Shown here piece after piece: positions 60,500-64,000 of a stretch of 64,000 bases of DNA. Origin of the DNA: Macrostomum hystrix (lineage: Eukaryota; Animalia; Platyhelminthes); assembly GCA_950097015.1 (NCBI GenBank), contig CATNEN010000037.1:372001-436000 (forward strand). The letters run 5' to 3'. Position numbers and translations under genes: made by a program. Below the pieces are notes generated by a model, which ran no database searches, was not told where the DNA came from, and saw only the letters and a list, made by a program, of their open reading frames with translations. Positions within the stretch are counted from its first letter, which is position 1. Every line of letters begins with the position of its first letter.

Positions 60500-62781
60500 A
60501 TGCTCCCAATGCTGATCCTCGTTGGTCTGATGGTTCTCCTGTACCACCTGTACGTTTACCAACTGAGACAACGTGTGGCCCACATTCCAGGTCCCCCGTG
60601 CCACTGGTTCTACCTGTTTGGCAACGCTGGCGAATTAATCAAGTCGAAGCGCATTAACCAGCGCCGGCTAATGCTGAAATATTTCAAGCGTTTTGGGCCC
60701 GTGTTTCGCATTGTGGTCTTCCACAAGGTTGCTATTTTTATCATGTTTTAAGATGAAATGTATCAGAGGACAAAATTCTCATGAGTATTTGATATTTGAC
60801 AGGTGCTGATCTTTAGCTACGGCCCGGAGGCGAATCGAGCACTTCTAAGCCGGCGCTTGCCAAAGCCATCCAGCGTGTACAGCCTGCTGCATAGCATGTT
60901 CGGCGTGCGCTTCATGGGCCGCAGTCTGCTGACTGAGACTGACCACACCCGGTGGCGGCACCGCAGGCGCCAGGTGCGAGACATTTTCAGCGCCGGCTTC
61001 GCCAACAACTCGGCTAGCGTAGTGAACGAAGCGTGCGCCGCCATGGTTCGACTGCTCAGTCGACAGGCCTGCGACAGTGAGCGACTAATTCAGTTGGAAT
61101 CCTACCTGGGCAAGGTCACTCTCGAGGTCACCTGCCAGGTGGGATTCGGATTCGCCTCCGGTGCGTTGGACAGCGTCGAAGCCAGCGACATTCAGAGCCT
61201 GGTTCAGGGCGCCATGGAAGGCATCGCCATCAAGACCGAGAGCCCCTTCGCCTGGCTCGGCCGGCCCGCCAAGGTTGCCGAGGTTCGCCGATGCCTTCTC
61301 GGCCTGCGCCGCCTCCTAACCGAGCGGGTTGTCGCGGCGGCGTCTGGCGGCGTCAGCATGATGAACGAAATGGTTCAGAGACTGGCGGGTGCGCTGTCCA
61401 GCGAGGAGCTGGTTGACGAAGCTGTAACATTGTTCTCAGCCGGTCAGGTAAAAAGTTGATTTCGGTTTTAGATATTTTTAAGTCGCAACGTCCTTTGACA
61501 GTACAAAGACCACCGGGTTTATCAAGTGTCCAATTGTTCTTTCTGTATCTCCCAAAATATTCAACCAATCGCCATCAAATCTAGAACATGGGCATAAATT
61601 TTCTGCTCACAAAATTTCATGACGTAACCATGTCGGCTAGTATTGTATTGATTATACTACTGTTAATTTTTATATTTTTAACCATGGGGGCTTTCAGAGA
61701 GCAATGTTAGTTGTCCTTGTCACCAGGGTGTTCGACAAGAATCGCTGAATATCATGACGATGCTGACGTTGACGAAAATCGGTCATTCGGTTTGGGAGCT
61801 ATCGTAAAGTAGGCAGAGGGTATTTGAGATCCCGCCCTGGTCTTTCCCCAAGGGGAGAAATACTGCTAAGCAACAAGAAGCGTTTGAATTCTCAGCCCTG
61901 TTAAATCTGCATCCACCTGCAGGAAACAACGGCTTCTCTACTGTCCTCCCTGCTGATGGAGCTGGGCCGCCAGCCGGAGGCGGTGGACAAACTCGTTGCC
62001 GAGATCGACAACGTCTGCGACCCGGATGTCAGGTGAGCAGTCTCAAATTATAACCTCCATTAATGAGCTCTATTCGTACTTTATAATTTGTTTCTTCCTG
62101 CAGTGCTGGCGACTGCTGCTTCGCCCTTCATCTGGACTAGGCTCAATTATATCTTTCTACTGTTTGCCAAAAGAAGCACAAAAGAACAAAAGAAGCAAGT
62201 CTCACATTCGCAGAGCTCTCATTCTTGTTTCTATAAATAGAAATAAAATTTGTCGGAATTCAATGCAATTAACATTTGAAATGTTTACGGAATTATTCTG
62301 GCACAGTTCGCCAATCACTCTGGAGCAGCTCGGCAGAATGCCCTACCTCGAGGCGGCAATCAAGGAGGCCCTACGGCTCTATCCTCCGGCGCCCTTAGTT
62401 ACCCGCGTAGCAACCGAGGCCACAGGCCCGGTGACAATCGGCGGCTATCAAGTACCACCTGGCTATCCGGTCTACCTGTCGCTGCAGGCGGCGCATCTAC
62501 TCTGCTTCAAGGACGGCGCGGAATTTCGACCTGAGAGGTTCCTGGCGGGGTTCGACCAGCAGCAGCGGCCGGGAGCTTTTGTCTATGGCCCATTCGGCTT
62601 CGGAGAGAGGGCCTGCGCTGGCCAGAGACTAGCCATGCTCACCTCTAAATTGACACTGGCCCACCTGCTGAGGGCCTTCCGGTTGCGCTACCCGGCCGAG
62701 CTGTGCTTTCATACCGTGCAGGTTGGCTCGCTGAAGCCATTGCGCGGTGTGCCGGTGATGCTGGAGATGAGGCGGCAATGA
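60500..62781 (+). CDS. cyp46a1: Cytochrome P450, CYP46 (cholesterol 24-hydroxylase)-like, 485 aa. Exons: 60500-60727, 60803-61447, 61923-62032, 62307-62781
   Basis: N-terminal anchor plus IPGPP; FGPVFRIVVFHK and MFGVRFMGRSLLTE..RW resemble CYP46A1; I-helix AGQETT; K-helix EALRLYPP; FRPERF; heme motif FGFGERACAG. GT-AG introns are in phase. Confidence 0.9.
61695..61875 (+). repeat. Dispersed repeat family C (unclassified), copy in CYP intron 2. Other copies at ~615-700, 6235-6375, 7440-7585, 28605-28830, 29445-29570
   Basis: Shared motifs GAGAATCGTTGAATATCTCGAC, AAATCGGTCATTCGGTTTGGGAGCTATCG and GTATTTGAGATACC recur in both orientations. Confidence 0.7.
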
Positions 62782-63854
62782 CCGGAATCGAACTGACTCA
62801 CCCCAGATGGAACGCTATTTTTGTTGTGTACTTTAAAGCTCAGATTCTCGAGGTCATGTTCGATAGTATTTTCATTATTTTCCTATTTCTCGTCATATAT
62901 CATGGTCATTGTGCCTTAAACTCAAAACAGGATTAGCCTAATTTTTCGTGAGTTGTTTCAGTGACTTTTCGTTATAAAAATTTTAAAATATTTAACAAAT
63001 TTGTTTTTCTACGTGTATCACATGCTTAAGTTAAACAAGTATTACCACGCCTGTAAAAGCATCATTAAATTGGTTCTTTATAACATGACTCTTCTAATAC
63101 CATTGTACAGTTGGTTTCAAATACTTTGATTTGTTTTCTAATGTACACGAGCAAAGGTCGCGATTCTTATTGTTTATAAACTTTATTCGTCCTATCATTT
63201 GCATATCTAAATGTGTTTTTCATCTCAAATAGCTGCTAAGTTATACTGTTTTTCTCATAAAAATTAATTTTTAAAATAGTGCTGCTAGGCAATGGGAACT
63301 GGCAAGTGAACATAACACTCGACCTTCTTTGACTACCTTAGGCCACTGCTATTAAATTCAGACTACTGTCTGCTAGTAGTGGTATACGCTTAAATAAGTG
63401 AGGTCATTTTTAAAAGATCTCTATGTTAATTTTGGCACTGCTCATATCTCATTAAAGCTTATCAAAACAATTAAAGTAATCGAGATAAATCAAATAAATG
63501 TAAAAAACTAATGAAATTTGGGTTTATACGAAACCGTTAATCTTACTGTGTTATATATTTGCTAATTGAGGATAATTAGCAAATATTCACGCATAAAATA
63601 CATGTTTAAAAGTAACCTGTATGCTTATTCTATTTAAAGAAATTTAAACACTTATCAATTAGTTTATAACATACAAGATATATAGTTGTATTAATTTGAC
63701 GAACACTACAAAGGAGAACTGCTGCATGGGTCTCCGCTTAACCCATATCTACAAGTCAACGAGGAATAACGGAATTAAGATGGTCACTGATAACAATCGG
63801 GAAAGCAAATTCGATTAAACTATATCAATGGTTGATGATTTATTGGTATTTAAA

Positions 63855-64000
63855 CTGATACTTGCAGCCAATCAGCTAGTCTGAAAGGCATAATAGACAG
63901 AAAGGAATGAGAGTTGGGGTTTAGTTTTCTCGGAACTGATGCTTGCAGCCAATCAGCTCGTCTAGAAGGATATGAAAAAAGGAATGAGGGGTGGGGTTTG
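63855..64000. repeat. Imperfect direct repeat (~80-bp period) at the window edge
   Basis: CTTGCAGCCAATCAGCT...AAAGGAATGAG...TGGGGTTT occurs twice. Confidence 0.65.

Overview
Eukaryotic (metazoan) genomic DNA: GC-rich spliced exons are embedded in AT-rich introns and intergenic DNA. About 24 kb (~37%, summed from my approximate boundaries) is tandem repeat, almost every array having its own unit. The style resembles a free-living flatworm such as Macrostomum, but this is inference only. Six protein-coding genes could be reconstructed by hand from splice sites and reading phase. (1) The 3' half of a type IV (zeta/iota-like) diacylglycerol kinase (+, <1-6917). (2) A GnRH/AKH/corazonin-superfamily class A GPCR (+, ~13454-26156). 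(3) A Van Gogh/Strabismus PCP gene (-, 35169-38744). (4) A secreted or GPI-type protein with an agrin NtA-like domain (-, ~45704-47240). (5) A divergent orphan class A GPCR (-, 51027-54170). (6) A CYP46-like cytochrome P450 (+, 60500-62781). Mobile DNA comprises an internally deleted IS630/Tc1/mariner element with ~137-bp TIRs, two tRNA-headed SINE families that share or swap 3' tails, and a third dispersed repeat family. The most striking observation is a ~30-copy minisatellite that duplicates the last splice acceptor of the GnRH-type receptor; any upstream copy would yield a tailless receptor. Also notable are an exact 14-nt match to the HDV ribozyme P3-L3 in a SINE tail, a DD30E catalytic spacing, and loss of canonical C-termini in DGK and Vang. 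There is no CRISPR array, rRNA or bona fide tRNA gene. The long low-complexity ORFs in the ORF track are artefacts of minisatellites.
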